From Podarcis tiliguerta (taxonomy: Eukaryota): a stretch of DNA of 64,000 bases. The notes under the pieces are model-generated. The model had not been told where the DNA came from. It ran no database searches and saw only the letters and a program-made list of their open reading frames with translations. The translations under genes were made by a program, and so were the position numbers. Numbering within the stretch: the stretch's first letter is position 1; the number at the start of each line of letters is the position of its first letter. This document shows positions 49,375 to 62,982 of the stretch, one piece after another. Where the stretch lies: the NCBI GenBank assembly GCA_965153285.1, contig OZ229116.1; one strand, written 5' to 3'.

Positions 49375-50399
49375 AACATGATTTACATAATGAGGCAATT
49401 GTGGTGTGCATCCCTGACATCAGACACACCTGGTTTTTGCTTCCAAATGAAAATTCTGCCAGACTCTGTCTAGAACATGAAACAGGGGAAACATTGATCT
49501 AGCTACTGTGTGAACAGGTAAAGGGATTTGGACCATTCCAGTCAAATTTAGGTCAAATCAGATTTACTGGAAGATATATGCACAGCTCACAATAATATAT
49601 ACTTACCCATTTCAAAATAAGCATATCACTTCCTTAATGTAAAGTTGTGGCTTCTTTATTTTGTACATACGCAGCTGGAGGGGAGAGACATGGCATTATC
49701 AAGACGGGAACTAACAAGCAAATATGAGTGTGAAAGATTTACAGGGCCCAATTAGATATATGTATTCATTAAGAAAGGTTAACACAGATTGTAAAAAGGA
49801 GTTGCAAAAGTTACTGCTCCCCCCAGGCAGCTGTAACTTATGCACTGAGCATTTATATGGATTTTTACATGTCCATTAAATGAGCAGTTCTGAAATGTGG
49901 AGGCACTTTAAGCAGCTTTGCCTTCACTCAGACGCGAGGCCATCTCAAAAGCACAGCCCATTTCTTTTATTAATCACCTGTATTACAAATGTCACTTTCC
50001 TTCCCCTTACCACGTCCCAGCCAAGAATTGAAATAAGTCTTCAAAGCTGACTGGACCACACTAGAGCAAATCTCCTCCCATTGTACAATGTGTTGATCTT
50101 TTTCATCTTCCTACCATTTAAAGGTCAAGAGGGGAAAGGGGAGAATTTAGAAAACAGGAAAATAAAATCCTCACTAACCTCTCCCTCCCTACAAAACAAA
50201 ACAAATGTGGGGAGGAGAAGAAAACCAATGAGTCCATATTGAGGTGGTTAACTTACATGTCTCCAGAAGTTGTTCGACAACCGTTCCCATCATCCCTGAA
50301 CATTGGCCCTGTTGGCTCCTTTGGGATGCCCTTTAGACCAGGTACGCTAGGGTGAAACCAACCCAGGGGGGGTCACAGTGTGCCTGTCAGGTTCACATA

Positions 50400-50754
50400 A
50401 AAAAAGGTAAAGGTAAAGGACCTCTGACAGTTAAGTCCAGTTGCGTATGACTCTGGGGTTGCAGCGCTCATCTCGCTTTACTGGCCGAGGGAGCCAACGT
50501 TTGTCCACAGACAGTTTTTCATGTGGCCAGCATAACTAAGCTGCTTCTGGCGAAACCAGAGCAGTGCACGGAAACGCCGTTTACCTTCCCACCGGAGCGG
50601 TTCCTATTTATCTACTTGCACTTTGATGTGCTTTCGAACTGCTAGGTTGGCAGGAGCTGGGACCGAGCAACGGGAGCTCACCCCGTTGTGGGGATTCGAA
50701 CCTATCGGAAAGCCCTAGGCTCAGTGGTTTAGACCACAGCGCCACCCGCGTCCC
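50400..50754 (-). mobile_element. Sauria SINE
   Basis: TSD tcaggttcacata at 50387-50399 and 50758-50770. Confidence 0.95.
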
Positions 50755-51712
50755 AAATCAGGTTCACATACCCAATTATTTTTTTTAGCAAGGAGGAATA
50801 ATTCCTTCCAATCCTTTGCTACAGGGCTACAAGTAGAGCCTGTAAATGTGCCCAGGAGTCGGGGGGGACCAATCCCTCCCATCTTAGGGAGCTTCCCTGC
50901 TTGGACTATGTTTCGATTTGACTAATTATGATCCTTTGGTTCTTTGCAGATCCTCTATGTTGTTATATTTGAATAAATATACTCTTTCCCCACAGTTATG
51001 GTTTGTCGAGTCTTCTTTAAGAGTGAGCTTGCAGTGAGCTTGACAGAGAATTATTATTTTTTTATGCATGAAACAAAAACACGCCTTCTTCCATTTCCAC
51101 AAGGCTGGTTCCAAACTGCAAGCAGGCCACAAATGAGAAGCTCTTTGCCGGGAAGCATGTAAGGAACAATTGTCCTTATTTAAGAGATGGAATTTGCCTC
51201 AAAGATCCTCTGACCTGGTCCATAATTTCTGGATATTTGCTAGGATAATTCTTTTCACTCTGTATTTATTATTCATGCAACGTGATACAGCGCCAAAGTG
51301 CTTTGCTGGTATAAAGGAAAGTGGTGCCACTAATACAAGGAAGTGTGAACTCCTGATCCTCTCAGGGCAGAGGGGAAGCTTCTGGGATTGAATGTACAGG
51401 TAAAGATTTCAACATACAAACTAAAGCTTCCCATCAATTCAGTGTGAGTGGAAATCCTACACCAAACAGATGATTCGGCTGCCTATTATCACCCAAATTA
51501 CTAATTTAGGGGCAAGTAAGAAATAAAGGCTTGTGGCAACAAGAAAGGGAAATTATGGCACCAAACTATACTAGGGAAGGGGGAGATTTATTTATTTTTT
51601 ACATGAGGGATGGATAACCTGTGGCCCTCCAGATATTGCTAGTCTACAACTCCCATAATCTCCAGCCATTGGATATGCTCTTCTCTCATGCCCTCTTCTC
51701 AACCTACAGATA

Positions 51713-51937
51713 CAGTGGTACCTCGGGTTAAGTACTTAATTTGTTCCGGAGGTCCGTTCTTAACCTGAAACTGTTCTTAACTTGAAGCACCACTTTAGCT
51801 AATGGGGCCTCCTGCTGCTGCCGCACCACTGGAAACAATTTCTGTTCTCATCCTGAAGCAAAGTTCTTAACCTGAAGCACTATTTCTGGGTTAGCAGAGT
51901 CTGTAACCTGAAGCGTATGTAACCTGAGGTACCACTG
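51713..51937. mobile_element. Tc1/mariner (Tigger-like) MITE
   Basis: TIR cagtggtacctc; TA TSD. Confidence 0.93.
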
Positions 51938-52669
51938 TATTGCAGATATTAGTATTGTGCAGCTTAAAGCAAGAGGATGTACAAAAACTGACTCCTCTTG
52001 GAATGATTCCCCCCCCCCCAGACCCATAGATATGATTCAAAAGCTATACTCACAGAACTTGTTCCAAACAGATACAAAAAACAATTAACCATACATCCAA
52101 ATGGTTGTATAATATGTGCATGTCCAGCACAGGTTCATCTTCTTACAAAATTGGCATAACTCTAAACAGACCTAAAATAAGAAGGTCTGTCTCTCTCCAC
52201 ACAGACTCTATCAGCCTGGAGTTGTTTACTCTCCAGGAGAGACCTCATTGTCACATCTGTGTCACATCTGTGGCTTTCAGAGGAAGACCCAAAGGCAACT
52301 CCCTTCAAAATGGAGATTTGCAGCTGAATACCCCTCACGTGATCTAAAGCTAAACACCACGTGAGAGCTCTTCTTAGCTTCAATGGAATTTCCTCAGTTA
52401 GTGTTAAACATATAGGCATATACAGAGTTATTTTCCACTTCAATGTACTATTAAACAATTATACTTAACAACATGTGCCACGCACCTTGCCCAAATCAGC
52501 TCCAGATGGTTCAGAAAGTCCCTAGAACAGATTTAGTTGGCATATGGGAGAGTCCCATCATGCTAGCAGTAACCCTTGCACACATGGCACTGCATACTTA
52601 GTGTTTCACTGAATACAACCCCTAGTGTGGTTGTAACCCAGGTAAGGGTTATGTTATCATATGCAAAAA

Positions 52670-52941
52670 TGCTCCAAGTTGCAACCGTAGCAAACCCGGA
52701 AGTAACCAGCGGGTTTGCCGCCATTCACTCATGCTCAGGAGTGGCAATCACCGTTCGCACACATGCAGGAGCGGCGATCACCGTTCGCGCCTACGCAGAA
52801 GTGGTGATTGCCATTCGCGGATGCGCAGAAGCGGGCAACCGCTGCCAGTGCCTGTGCACAACGGCGCCTCTTCCAGCGACCCGTTTCACCATAAGGACAG
52901 GCCTCCGGAATGGATTGCAGTCGTGAGTAGAGGTTCCACTG
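52670..52941. mobile_element. Tigger-like MITE (one end missing) with internal 30-bp tandem repeats
   Basis: Right end gaggttccactg followed by TA; four 30-bp units at 52721-52840. Confidence 0.75.
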
Positions 52942-52979
52942 TAGCAGATTATGATGACTGATTTATATGAATAAAACTA

Positions 52980-53211
52980 CAGTGGTACCTCGGCTTAAGT
53001 ACTTAATTCGTTCCGGAGGTCTGTTCTTAACCTGAAACTGTTCTTAACCTGAAGCACCACTTTAGCTAATGGGGCCTCCGCGCCGCCACAGCACAATTTC
53101 TTTTCTCATCCTGAAGCAAAGTTCTTAACCCGAGGTACTATTTCCGGGTTAGCAGAGTCTGTAACCTGAAGTGTATGTAACCTGAAGCGTATGTAAGCTG
53201 AGGTACCACTG
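52980..53211. mobile_element. Tc1/mariner (Tigger-like) MITE
   Basis: TIR cagtggtacctc; TA TSD. Confidence 0.93.
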
Positions 53212-53994
53212 TATAAGGAGTAAACTTTTATACACACATGCCCACCACCACCACCACACACACGCACTGCATGGCCTTTGTTGTAGGCGCTTTTTTCCAA
53301 AGCATTTGGGGGTCACCTAGTTGATATGTAGTGAGCAGCCCAAGCAATATTTATTCAATTTGCTCCTGCTTAAGCCTCTTGTATGAGAGCAAGCAGCACC
53401 TCATCACAGAGCAGCTTGCGCCAGCAAATGGAAGGTAAACATTTTTATCTACACAGTAGAAAGGGCATTGCATTTTAAAACTGATAATTATACCGACTGA
53501 GAATATTAAGCACTAGTTTTGCCCTCCATTCTGCTTCCTCCCTGAATTTGCATAAACCTGCTTTTGATTATTTTCCCTGGAAACGAATGAGACACTAGTG
53601 TGTCACTCTGCACTTCTGCCCTGCGTATGTGTGTGCTTTCCCCCCAGGAACCATTCTAATATATGCAGATTGTATTTATTACCAAGTACATTAGATTTTG
53701 TATTAGCAACTTTGCCTTGTTACACCTTGTTACACGTTAAAATGCCCATCCGAGGAACACAATTTGCCAGTACTAGAACAATGTAAAAATCACATTAACA
53801 TTTTTAAAGGTCAAAGGTCATGGGCCACAAACACATATTTGACAGAAACATTTTAATGCTTTTGTGAGTGCTCTTAACGTGGCCTTAGAACCTTTAAAAG
53901 CAAACCACATCTCTTCAGAAAACATATACAGCTTTTGCCGTGAGACCGATATGGGCATTGTTGCACCTTCATTCATGGGAAGAATATTGACATT

Positions 53995-54410
53995 AGCTTC
54001 CTCAGCCTGGTGCCCTCAGATATTTTGGACTACAACACCTATCAACCCCAACTAGCATGACTGTGCTGGCTGAGGCTGATGGGAGTTGTAGTCCAAAGCA
54101 TCTGGAGAGCCAGTATGGTGTAGTGGTTAAGAGCGGTAGTCACGTAATCTGGGTAACCGGGTTCGCGTCTCCGCTCCTCCACATGCAGCTGCTGGGTGAC
54201 CTTGGGCCAGTCACACTTGTTTGAAGTCTCTCAGCCCCACTCATCTCACAGAGTGTTTGTTGTGGGGGAGGAAGGGAAAGGAGAATGTTAGCCGCTTTGA
54301 GACTCCTTAAAGGGAGTGAAAGGCGGGATATCAAATCCAAACTCTTCTTCTTCTTCTTCTTCTTCTTCTTCTTCTTCTTCTTCTTCTTGGAAGGTACCAG
54401 GCTGGGGAAT
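53995..54410. mobile_element. Palindromic hAT MITE interrupted by a SINE
   Basis: cagcctggtgcc...ggactacaac...gttgtagtcc...[SINE]...ggtaccaggctg. Confidence 0.65.
54105..54388 (+). mobile_element. MIR/Ther1-derived (Squam3-type) SINE with long (TTC)n tail
   Basis: A/B-box tRNA head, CORE-like segment; nearly identical to 12815-13069. Confidence 0.88.
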
Positions 54411-55569
54411 TTCTGAATTAAAGCATAAGTCTATACTGACTGCCATGCTGGGTCAAACAGAAGATCAGTTTTGACCAGCTCTATGTCTTCAGCAGTAGAC
54501 AGCTGGTTATCTCAAAGAAGCTCGCACGTGGAATGAATTGGTCCATTCTTCATCTATAGTTTGTCCCTGACTCCTGAATATTGGGTGGCAGGGACACTGA
54601 CTGATTATGACATTGTTCAGTTTCCCTTTTGAATACCCCTGTGAGATTTTGGGAGTTAAGATTGCTTAAGATTGGCAGATGCATATGGGTTACTGTGCTA
54701 TCATGATATTTTATTTCTGTCTTACACCCACTTTTAGAAGCAGTAAGCGTTATGAAAACTTGTCTTGATAGCCAGCAGCTTGGACAACAATAATACCAAG
54801 TTCCCCAATAAATCTACATTGAACAGGTTGGGGAGATAACCCTCCTGCTCTTTCACACACACTTCCCCCAACTATGCATGCGAGGGAATTGTCAAAATGT
54901 GTGAAGATATAACTAGATGGCTTAAAGTAGTTTTAGCTGTGTAGCCTCCGGCATGCTTTGGCTTCTCAACCTGCCTTTGGCCTAGCATACTCAAGATACC
55001 ACTAGGTTTAGTGTCTGCCCCTCGTGCTGACACGCTAATTCAGGAAAGCTGTTCCTTGTAACCACTTCCTTTTGCTGTACTTAGCTTATTTTAATATGTC
55101 TGAACTGCCGTCTCTCATTAGCTCATACATTTTTTAGCTACTCTGAGAGGTTAAGGGTAATAAAAGCGATGATTCTTTAGAGTTTGTCCAACTTACTCCT
55201 GTCACAAATTTTTAAGTGGTATCAGCTGAAACAATTTGTTTAGGAATCTACTGCTTGGTTGGTCTGTCACATCAACTGCTAAAAGTGTTGTAGCTCCATG
55301 GTAGAACATCTGCTTTGCATACAAAAGGTTCTATTGTTCAACTCTTGGTATCTCCAGGTAAGGATGGAAGAGATGCTAAGGAATGCAGTTCATGTATTAA
55401 TTCCATTAGTGAGGAAAGAGCTAATTCTGACTCATTCCTGAAAAGCAGCTGGCTGAATCTCCTTACTTCTTTATCAGTGTTACTGGGAAGATTAGGCATG
55501 TAACTTTGTGTATTAAAGGGCTCAGGTTACATTTGTTGTGGATCATTGGCCATTACCAAGAAGGAGTGG

Positions 55570-56478
55570 GAAAGGAGTATGACAAGGCTGTATATTGTCT
55601 CCCTGCCTTTTTAACTTATATGCAGAATTCATCATGCGAAAGGCTGGACTAGATGAATCCCAAACTGGAATTAAGATTGCCGGAAGAAATATGCAGATAT
55701 GCAGATGACACAACCTTGATGGCAGAAAGTGAGGAGGAATTAAAGAACCTTTTAATGAGGGTGAAAGAGGAGAGCGCAAAATATGGTCTGAAGCTCAACA
55801 TCAAAAAAACGAAGATCATGTCCACTGGTCCCATCACCTCCTGGCAAATGGAAGGGGAAGAAATGAAGGCAGTGAGAGATTTTACTTTCTTGGGCTCCAT
55901 GATCAGTGCAGATGGTGACAGCAGCCACAAAATTAAAAGATGCCTGCTTCTTGGGAGAAAAGCGATGGCAAACCTAGACAGCATCTTAAAAAGCAGAGAC
56001 ATCACCATGCCAACAAAGGTCCGTATAGTTCAAGCTATGGTTTTCCCAGTAGTGATGTATGGAAGTGAGAGCTGGACCATAAAGAAGGTTGATCGCCGAA
56101 GAATTGATGCTTTTGAATTATGGTACTGGAGGAGACTCTTGAGAGTCCCATGGATTGCAAGAAGATCAAACCTATCCATTCTGAAGGAAATCAGCCCTAC
56201 GTGCTCACTGGAAGGACAGATCGTGAAGCTGAGGCTCCAATACTTTGGCCACCTCATGAGAAGAGAAGACTCCCTGGGAAAGACCCTGATGTTGGGAAAG
56301 ATTGAGGGCACAAGAAGAAGGGGACGACAGAGGACGAGATGGTTGGGCAGTGTTCTCGAAGCTACCAGCATGAGTTTGACCCAACTGCGGGAGGCAGTGG
56401 AAGACAGGAGTGCCTGGCGTGCTCTGGTCCATGGGGTCACGAAGAGTCGGACACGACTAAATGACTAAACAACAACAA
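55570..56478 (+). mobile_element. RTE/BovB LINE, 5'-truncated
   Basis: QGCILSP and YADD motifs, 271-aa ORF; (caa)n tail; 13-bp TSD caagaaggagtgg; frameshifting indel just before YADD. Confidence 0.96.
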
Positions 56479-58059
56479 CAAGAAGGAGTGGATTGTTGTG
56501 GAACTGTGGAGTTACCTGAAGAGAAGAGCTGAGATGAAGACTTTGAGAAGAGCTCGTCTGAGAATTGCCAGACTTCAGGACTGTGTGCAAGTTGACTTAG
56601 AACTTGTGTGTCGACTTGGTTCAAAAAGGCCTGTGAATTACAGAAAGCCCTCTGGGACCAGAGGGAGAAAAACTTTCATGTAACCTGTATGTAGTATGTA
56701 AACAGTATATGTTTGTATGTGTCAAGCAAAGTAACTCTGCTTCAAACAACAACTGTCTCATGTTGGTGACCCTAAAAGCATTACTGAAGCTTCCACGGTG
56801 CACACATAGAGAGCAAGATTAATAGATTGAAGATAAACACACACCCCAACAAGATAACCCTGTCTAAACCCCCCAAAAACCTACTGCCTGTTAGTGTAGA
56901 CAACAGTAAGTTAGATGGACCAATGGACTGATTTTGTATTGGGCAGCTTCCTATGTTCCTAAAAAACACACGATCCAAACTGCACAATCATTTGGCCATA
57001 ACTTTTTCCTATCAGCCTAACTATTCCTAAACCTGCTTAGTCTTGTAGTACATTTTGCAAATATGTCCACACCCCTTCCCACTTCAGAGTTTCTGTTTTG
57101 CTCCACTCTCATCCCTCATATAATTTAAGGGCAAATCCCATTGCCTAAACCATTCAGTCATTGCTTTTTGCAGCCGCACCAAGAAATAGGTTAAACAACA
57201 GTGTGATCTGCAAACAAATGATGCAGTTACATTATCTCTGGTGCCGTTTTAGTTTTAGACTCATTACCATAGTGAAGGCTACTAGACAGCTCACATGCCT
57301 ATATAAGCAGCTCGAGTATTTTGTGTGAGAGAAATGGACTACTCTGTTAAGCTTCAATAAAGGGGAAGATGGATAAAGTTATGACACCAAATGAAAAGGT
57401 CTGAAGATAAATTTTCCTGCGGGGCTCATACAGGATGAAAGAAATCAAAAGACTTAATTGAGCCCTGAAGTCTGTGAACAAGATGGACAGGATACAAAGA
57501 GGTGGTTGATTTCCCCCTCTCCTTTTGCAGAACTGGTGTCTATATTTCAGCTTTCTTTAATCTCCAGTGTAAGTCTCCTGTTCTTGCTTGTCAATTTCCC
57601 CTGGGCATCTAGTTGGCTACTGTGAGTACAGAATACAGGACTAGATGAGCCTTTGGTCTGATCCAGCAGAACTCTTCTCATGTTCTTATATTAACTTTGT
57701 TCCTGGAGCTTTTGGTGTAAATATTTCAACTTAATTGTTCTTGTAGAAGGGCCTGAATTAACAACTGGCAATTAAGGATTCTGAGCATCAGTGAGAAAAC
57801 AAATGTTTAGATACTTAAGGTGAAAGATGATTGCTATACAGCAGGAGCTATTTCTCTTCTTATGCCGCAAGATATGCTAAGGAGTCTCAAGGTGAACTCC
57901 AGTGTCTCTTTGGACAATTAGCTGCCAGCGTCTTATCTATTTTTCAGTGCAGTCTAATCACTGGCCTTTAAAAGATTTTTTCCCCAGCTGATTAAAATCA
58001 AATTGTTGGGCAAATCTAGACTTTCCATATTTTTACTTCCACGTCTATTTCTATGCTTT

Positions 58060-58535
58060 ATTTATTATACCATTAATATCTCACCTTTCCTCCAAGGAGC
58101 TTCTAGATGGCATACCTTGATTCTCCACCTCTCCATTTTATCCTCCTAACAGCCCTGTGAAGCTTAGAGACAGTGACAGGCCTGAAGTAATGCCATGAGC
58201 ATCAGCACTGACTCGGGATTTGAACCCTGGACTCCAAGGTCCCAGTCTGACACTCTAACCCAGGGGTCAGCAAACTTTTCAGCAGGGGGTCAGTCCACGG
58301 TCCCTCAGACCTTGTGGGGGGATGGACTACAATTTGAAAATAAAAATAAAAATGAATGAATTCCTATGTCTCACAAATAGCCCAGAGATTCATTTTAAAT
58401 AAAAGGACACATTCTACTCATGTAAAAACACGCTGATTCCTGAACCGTCCGTGGGCCAGATTGAGAAGGCAATTGGTCCAGATCCGACCCCCAGGCCTTA
58501 GTTTGCCCACCCATAGGCAAACCATTGCACCTCAC
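58060..58535 (-). mobile_element. Old MIR/Squam3-like SINE interrupted by a hAT MITE
   Basis: ccattttatcctcctaacagccctgtga...gggatttgaaccctgg...cagtctgacactctaacc. Confidence 0.65.
58261..58514 (+). mobile_element. hAT (Charlie/OC1-like) MITE
   Basis: caggggtcagcaaacttt...gtccctcagacc...tagtttgcccaccc; same family as 33909. Confidence 0.85.
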
Positions 58536-60585
58536 TGCTTTTTATATTTATGGTAGCGGAACTAAAGGCACAGGTAGACAGAATCTGTTTTCACTTCCAG
58601 GCAACTGCATGCATTTTAATGTGGTTTCATACAACTGGAAGAAAAGTAGTCAACATTTCATTGATTTCAACTCCTCGAGACTTACTGGGCACCAACTGTG
58701 AGAATCCCCTTTTGCAAACTTCACAGACTATGCTGATCCAACACTTGTACCTATTAAAAGTGTGGCCAACTAGGGGGTCTGAACTAGGCAGGAGCCTGAG
58801 GAAACTACATGAGAGCAGGCAATCATCAAAGCATATCCAGCTGAGGAGAAGCATCTTGGGATTAATGGTGTTTTCCAAAGAAAGCAACTGGAGGATTTCA
58901 CTCTTGCAGCAAAAGAACACAGAAAGCTAAAGTGATTTCTTTGCTCAAAAGGATGTTGAGTTGCTGATCTGTGGCTACATAATCTGACTCACAGAACACA
59001 TTTTCACTGCACTGATCAGTCTTCATTCAATTCAGGACTTCTCAACATGTGAATATCAACCTGTTGAAGTTATACAATTTTTCATAGATGAAAATGTGTA
59101 GATCACTTAAGTGTTTTTAAACTTTTACTTTACCTTAGTACATGGTGACATTATTATACCCTAACCAGTGCCTTGATCAGAGGTTTTTCCAACATAAACC
59201 ATTGAAGGAGAAACAGGAAATAAATATAATTAAATATAAACATCTGGGCAGCCTATCCAAGAGATCAAGCTATAAATATTGTGCAAGTTTTGTGGTGATT
59301 GCACATATTTTGATTCACAAGCCACTGTCTGATTTTATCCTGAAGAAAGAAAGAAACACACACATACAAACCTTGAACATAAATAATGGTATCAGCCATA
59401 GCAAATGCTTGCAGTTCTGAGATGGCCAAAAAGAGCAAGAAAATAACATGTGCAGGTTGTAATGCATTTGTAGAGTCTGTAGAAAGCAAGAGAAGAAATG
59501 CATAAACATGCCAATGGTGGCAGATATTGCAGCAAAATCTCAGTGGGCATCAAAGCATTCTCTCTAAACAGACATCTCCATCACTTGGCACATAAAACTA
59601 AATTATAATCTCACAACTAAGCCTTGGTTCACCTCTAGCCACAAAGTAACAGTTGCATAAAACAAGCAGTTGATAGCTTTAGAAGGGGACATTGTTTTAT
59701 ATTGTTGTTATTTGATTTTTTATTTTTTTTAGGCTCCTTGAGTTTTCTTGGAAAGTTAGGTGGGATAGAAGAAAACCACACACAGAGAGAGATCTATGTC
59801 TATATACCTTCTATATATAACTAAAGGAAAGAGTCCTGTTCTGCACTCCCAAGTATTGCAAATCTGTATAATTTCTGTCATTTGAAAATGTAATGTGAAT
59901 CACAAGGTAGAGTTCTGCTGGCATAGACTTTAGCACATATTTAACTCCATAGATAGTGATAATCAAATATTGACTTTAAGTAAATGGAAGTTGGTAAGAC
60001 CGGCTGCATTTTCTATCCTAATCTTCTGTGCCATCCTTGCATTGATTAGATGTGGCACGGTTATAGGTTTCTGTAGAATGCGGAAATAGAGGACTTTGCA
60101 AAGAGCATTTTCAGAGGTTAAGTTTGCTCTCCATACGTAGCGAGATAATCCAGGTCACAATTCAGTGACCTCTTACTGTATTTGAGCACTTAATTAGAAT
60201 TCCTGGAACAGAACGGGTACTATCAGTTAAGCTTTAGCAAAGTACCTTTCATCAAGCAAAGCCACATCAGTTCATTGTCATTCATCCAAGCAGCAGAATA
60301 CTTTCCTGACTTACATAACATTAAGTTCTGACAAATTTTGTCTTCACTTGGCATGTCAAGGCCTGTCTACCCTCTGCACAGAACAAGCCTACACAAGTTG
60401 TGACTTACTAAACATAACACAGCCTATCAACCAGCATTGTTGCTATCCATCCTCCTATTTTTGCTGTTCTAGGCATGCATCAAAGGCAGGAAGTTTTGCA
60501 ATACCTTGCTGGGCTGCATGCAGTTTGTGGTTTTTGTAGCACAATATGCTATAGGGAATGTACTAGAGATGTGCCCAAAGATTCA

Positions 60586-60588
<3 letters not shown>

Positions 60589-60640
<52 letters not shown>

Positions 60641-60648
60641 TGTGTGTG
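60589..60648. repeat. (CT)n(GT)n microsatellite
   Basis: Direct reading. Confidence 0.95.
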
Positions 60649-61094
60649 TATAGAGAGAGCTCATCTTATTTTTGAGTCACTTGTGCTTCAGTCTGTGCTC
60701 CAGGTTCCAGGTTGCTCTGTTTAAAATGAAGTTCTGTATTTCCCATTCACGACAATGGGAAATCCAAACATGACAACAACTCTTTCTCCTTTTGGCCAAA
60801 GTGGATGGAATTTATAAGCACAGAGTCCTTCCAAATCGGATTAAGCCTGCCAGAGTGTAAACAAGTACATCCAGGTGTTTTTTGTGCAGGGCATATTTAC
60901 ATTTTGGGTTAAAAAATGAAGGAAAAACTTTAACTTTTTGATTTTCATTTGCATGCATAGCTACCCTTTCTAAGGGGATGCAGTCTGCAAATTTCAGAAT
61001 GATAGAGATTCTGCCACTTTACCATTCGGGGGTGGGTAGAATAGGAATCATTGGGGGGCAGATTGGGGGGGAATGTGACCCCTTTTACTCCAAG

Positions 61095-61270
61095 GGTCAT
61101 TGGTAGAGAGTGATGATCTCTTTTACATTTGTGCCCTAAGTCATTTAGGGCTTTAAACATGAATGTGAGCACCTTGAACTGAGCCTGGAAATGATCTGAC
61201 AGCCAGTGCCTGACATCTAAGTTAACTAAGCCTACATAAGTAGGCAGCATAACCAAGTCTTCCCACAAAC
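61095..61270 (-). mobile_element. Degenerate L2 ORF2 fragment
   Basis: HWLSDHFQAQFKVLTFMFKALNDLG aligns with HWLPVHFRAQLKVLVLTFKALNGLG at 63686-63991. Confidence 0.75.
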
Positions 61271-61310
61271 AAGCTCTAAGTCAATGGCTTTCAAATTTGC
61301 TACCTTAGGA

Positions 61311-61447
61311 CAGTGATGGCCAGACTTGGCCCTCCAGCTGTTTTGGGACTACAGCTCCCATCATCTCTAGCTAACAGGACCAGTGGTCAGGGATGGTGGG
61401 AATTGTACTCTCAGAATAGCTGGAGGGCCACGTTTGGCCATCACTTG
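61311..61447. mobile_element. Palindromic hAT MITE
   Basis: cagtgatggcca / tggccatcact termini; same core as 7716-7851. Confidence 0.8.
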
Positions 61448-62544
61448 GACAACATTTTCCACATCAACTTGTCTTCTGAAGGAAGAACTGCCTATATGTC
61501 TGCCACAGAGCATCTGTGCATGAAAGAATACTATGGTTAGGCCTTCCTGATACTCCATGTGAACACTTCTGTACAGCTGTGCATTGCATAGGAGTTCTTT
61601 AATGGTAACTAACAAGAATTAAAGGACTCTTACAAGATTTCCAGGAATCTTATTTTTTACAGACCACTGGTCTGAGTCAATATACATTAGAAAGAATTAG
61701 AACATTTTTGTTATATACTAAGGCCACAATCCCCACTTACCTGGGAGCAAACCCCACTGAATTCAATAGGACTCATTTCTGAGCTGACTTGGTTACTGAG
61801 GTATACGATTAAAGAAGACTTCCTTGACAAGCAAGTACTGTGGGAGGTAGAACTTTTTTCTGTTAATGTTTCCTATTGTTTGTTAGGAAACTCTCCAAAG
61901 TATTTCATGCATAATCCATAGCATGTGCACACTCGAAAAAGGTCAAAGAATTTGGGGACATCATCTGCCTTGACAGAAGGCAGGTGCTCTGCCCTTTTGT
62001 GAGGTTCTTCCCAAGCAAAGATCATGTCAGGTGAGGTAGCCACACGGCGTTTGGGTCACACACAAGCTTACTTATTCATGGGAATATTGACCACAGGTCT
62101 TGTGTTCAACCAGATGTACCCTTGAGCCAGTACAGCAAAACAGATTGGGCTGTTGAAGGCATTAAATATTGACCACATGAAATAATAGGAAGTTTAATGT
62201 GCCACTGCAGGAAAAGAAAAAGAAACATTGGAAGTCAGTAGGTTTTCATCCTTGGTTACTATAATTCAGAGGCAGTGATGGCAATAGTTCATGCAGATTA
62301 TGAGGCATGAGGCATGTACTTAGTAAGTCAAGAGAAATGATAAAGGAGGCACAAGCTGCCTCTTAAATGTTCCCATCATACTTTTAGTATCTTGTGTACC
62401 ACTTGATCTAGCAAGGAGGGACTGTATTTAAACTGTATTCTAACTTATATTTTAATCAACTTTTTTTGTTTTTTTGTTTTTATTTTTACTGTATTTATAT
62501 TCAGTGTTAGCCACCCTGAGCCCAGGGAGGGCAGGGTATAAAAA

Positions 62545-62579
<35 letters not shown>

Positions 62580-62982
62580 TCTATTTTGTATTAGACAACT
62601 TTATTCAACATCAATTATTAAATTGTGACCAAGAAACTACTGTAATATATAGTTGAGAGCTCCCCAACAATGTAAGCAGAGAGAAATGAAGCCTCTTCCC
62701 ACAACAGATCCCATCAACAACAGCCCAAAAATCTCCTTCTGCACTTATTCAACCACTCTAGATGCACAGAATTAAGCAGTGATTATTATAAGATGTCTTA
62801 TAGGCAAAACAGCACTATTCAGATCTGAATGAGTGATGCATGTCTCTGTAACATGACGTATGTAAAAATCTATCAGCATTTCTGGTTCTCCTTTCCTGTC
62901 ACCTAATGCATTAATTTTGCTTGAAGTGCAAAGCAAAGTATTGGGGTTACAGGGCGGGAGGGTGTTGATTCAGTTCACATTT

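Noticed and set aside
52721-52840. 30-bp repeats as a CRISPR-like array
   Set aside because: The units are contiguous with no spacers, lie inside a MITE, and the DNA is eukaryotic.
54105-54185. tRNA genes at SINE heads
   Set aside because: The A/B-box sequences continue into SINE bodies with tails; they are not independent tRNAs.
55653-56468. 271-aa ORF as a host gene
   Set aside because: It is the RT C-terminus of a 5'-truncated BovB with TSDs; the same applies to 14859-15587 and 6764-7093.
55499-56805. Possible solo LTR hosting the BovB insertion
   Set aside because: LTR-like composition on both sides, but termini and TSD could not be established.
58550-58930. 126-aa ORF (and similar ORFs at 9611-10030 and 5796-6293)
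   Set aside because: No recognisable domain or coding-like composition; 5796-6293 is read through a SINE.
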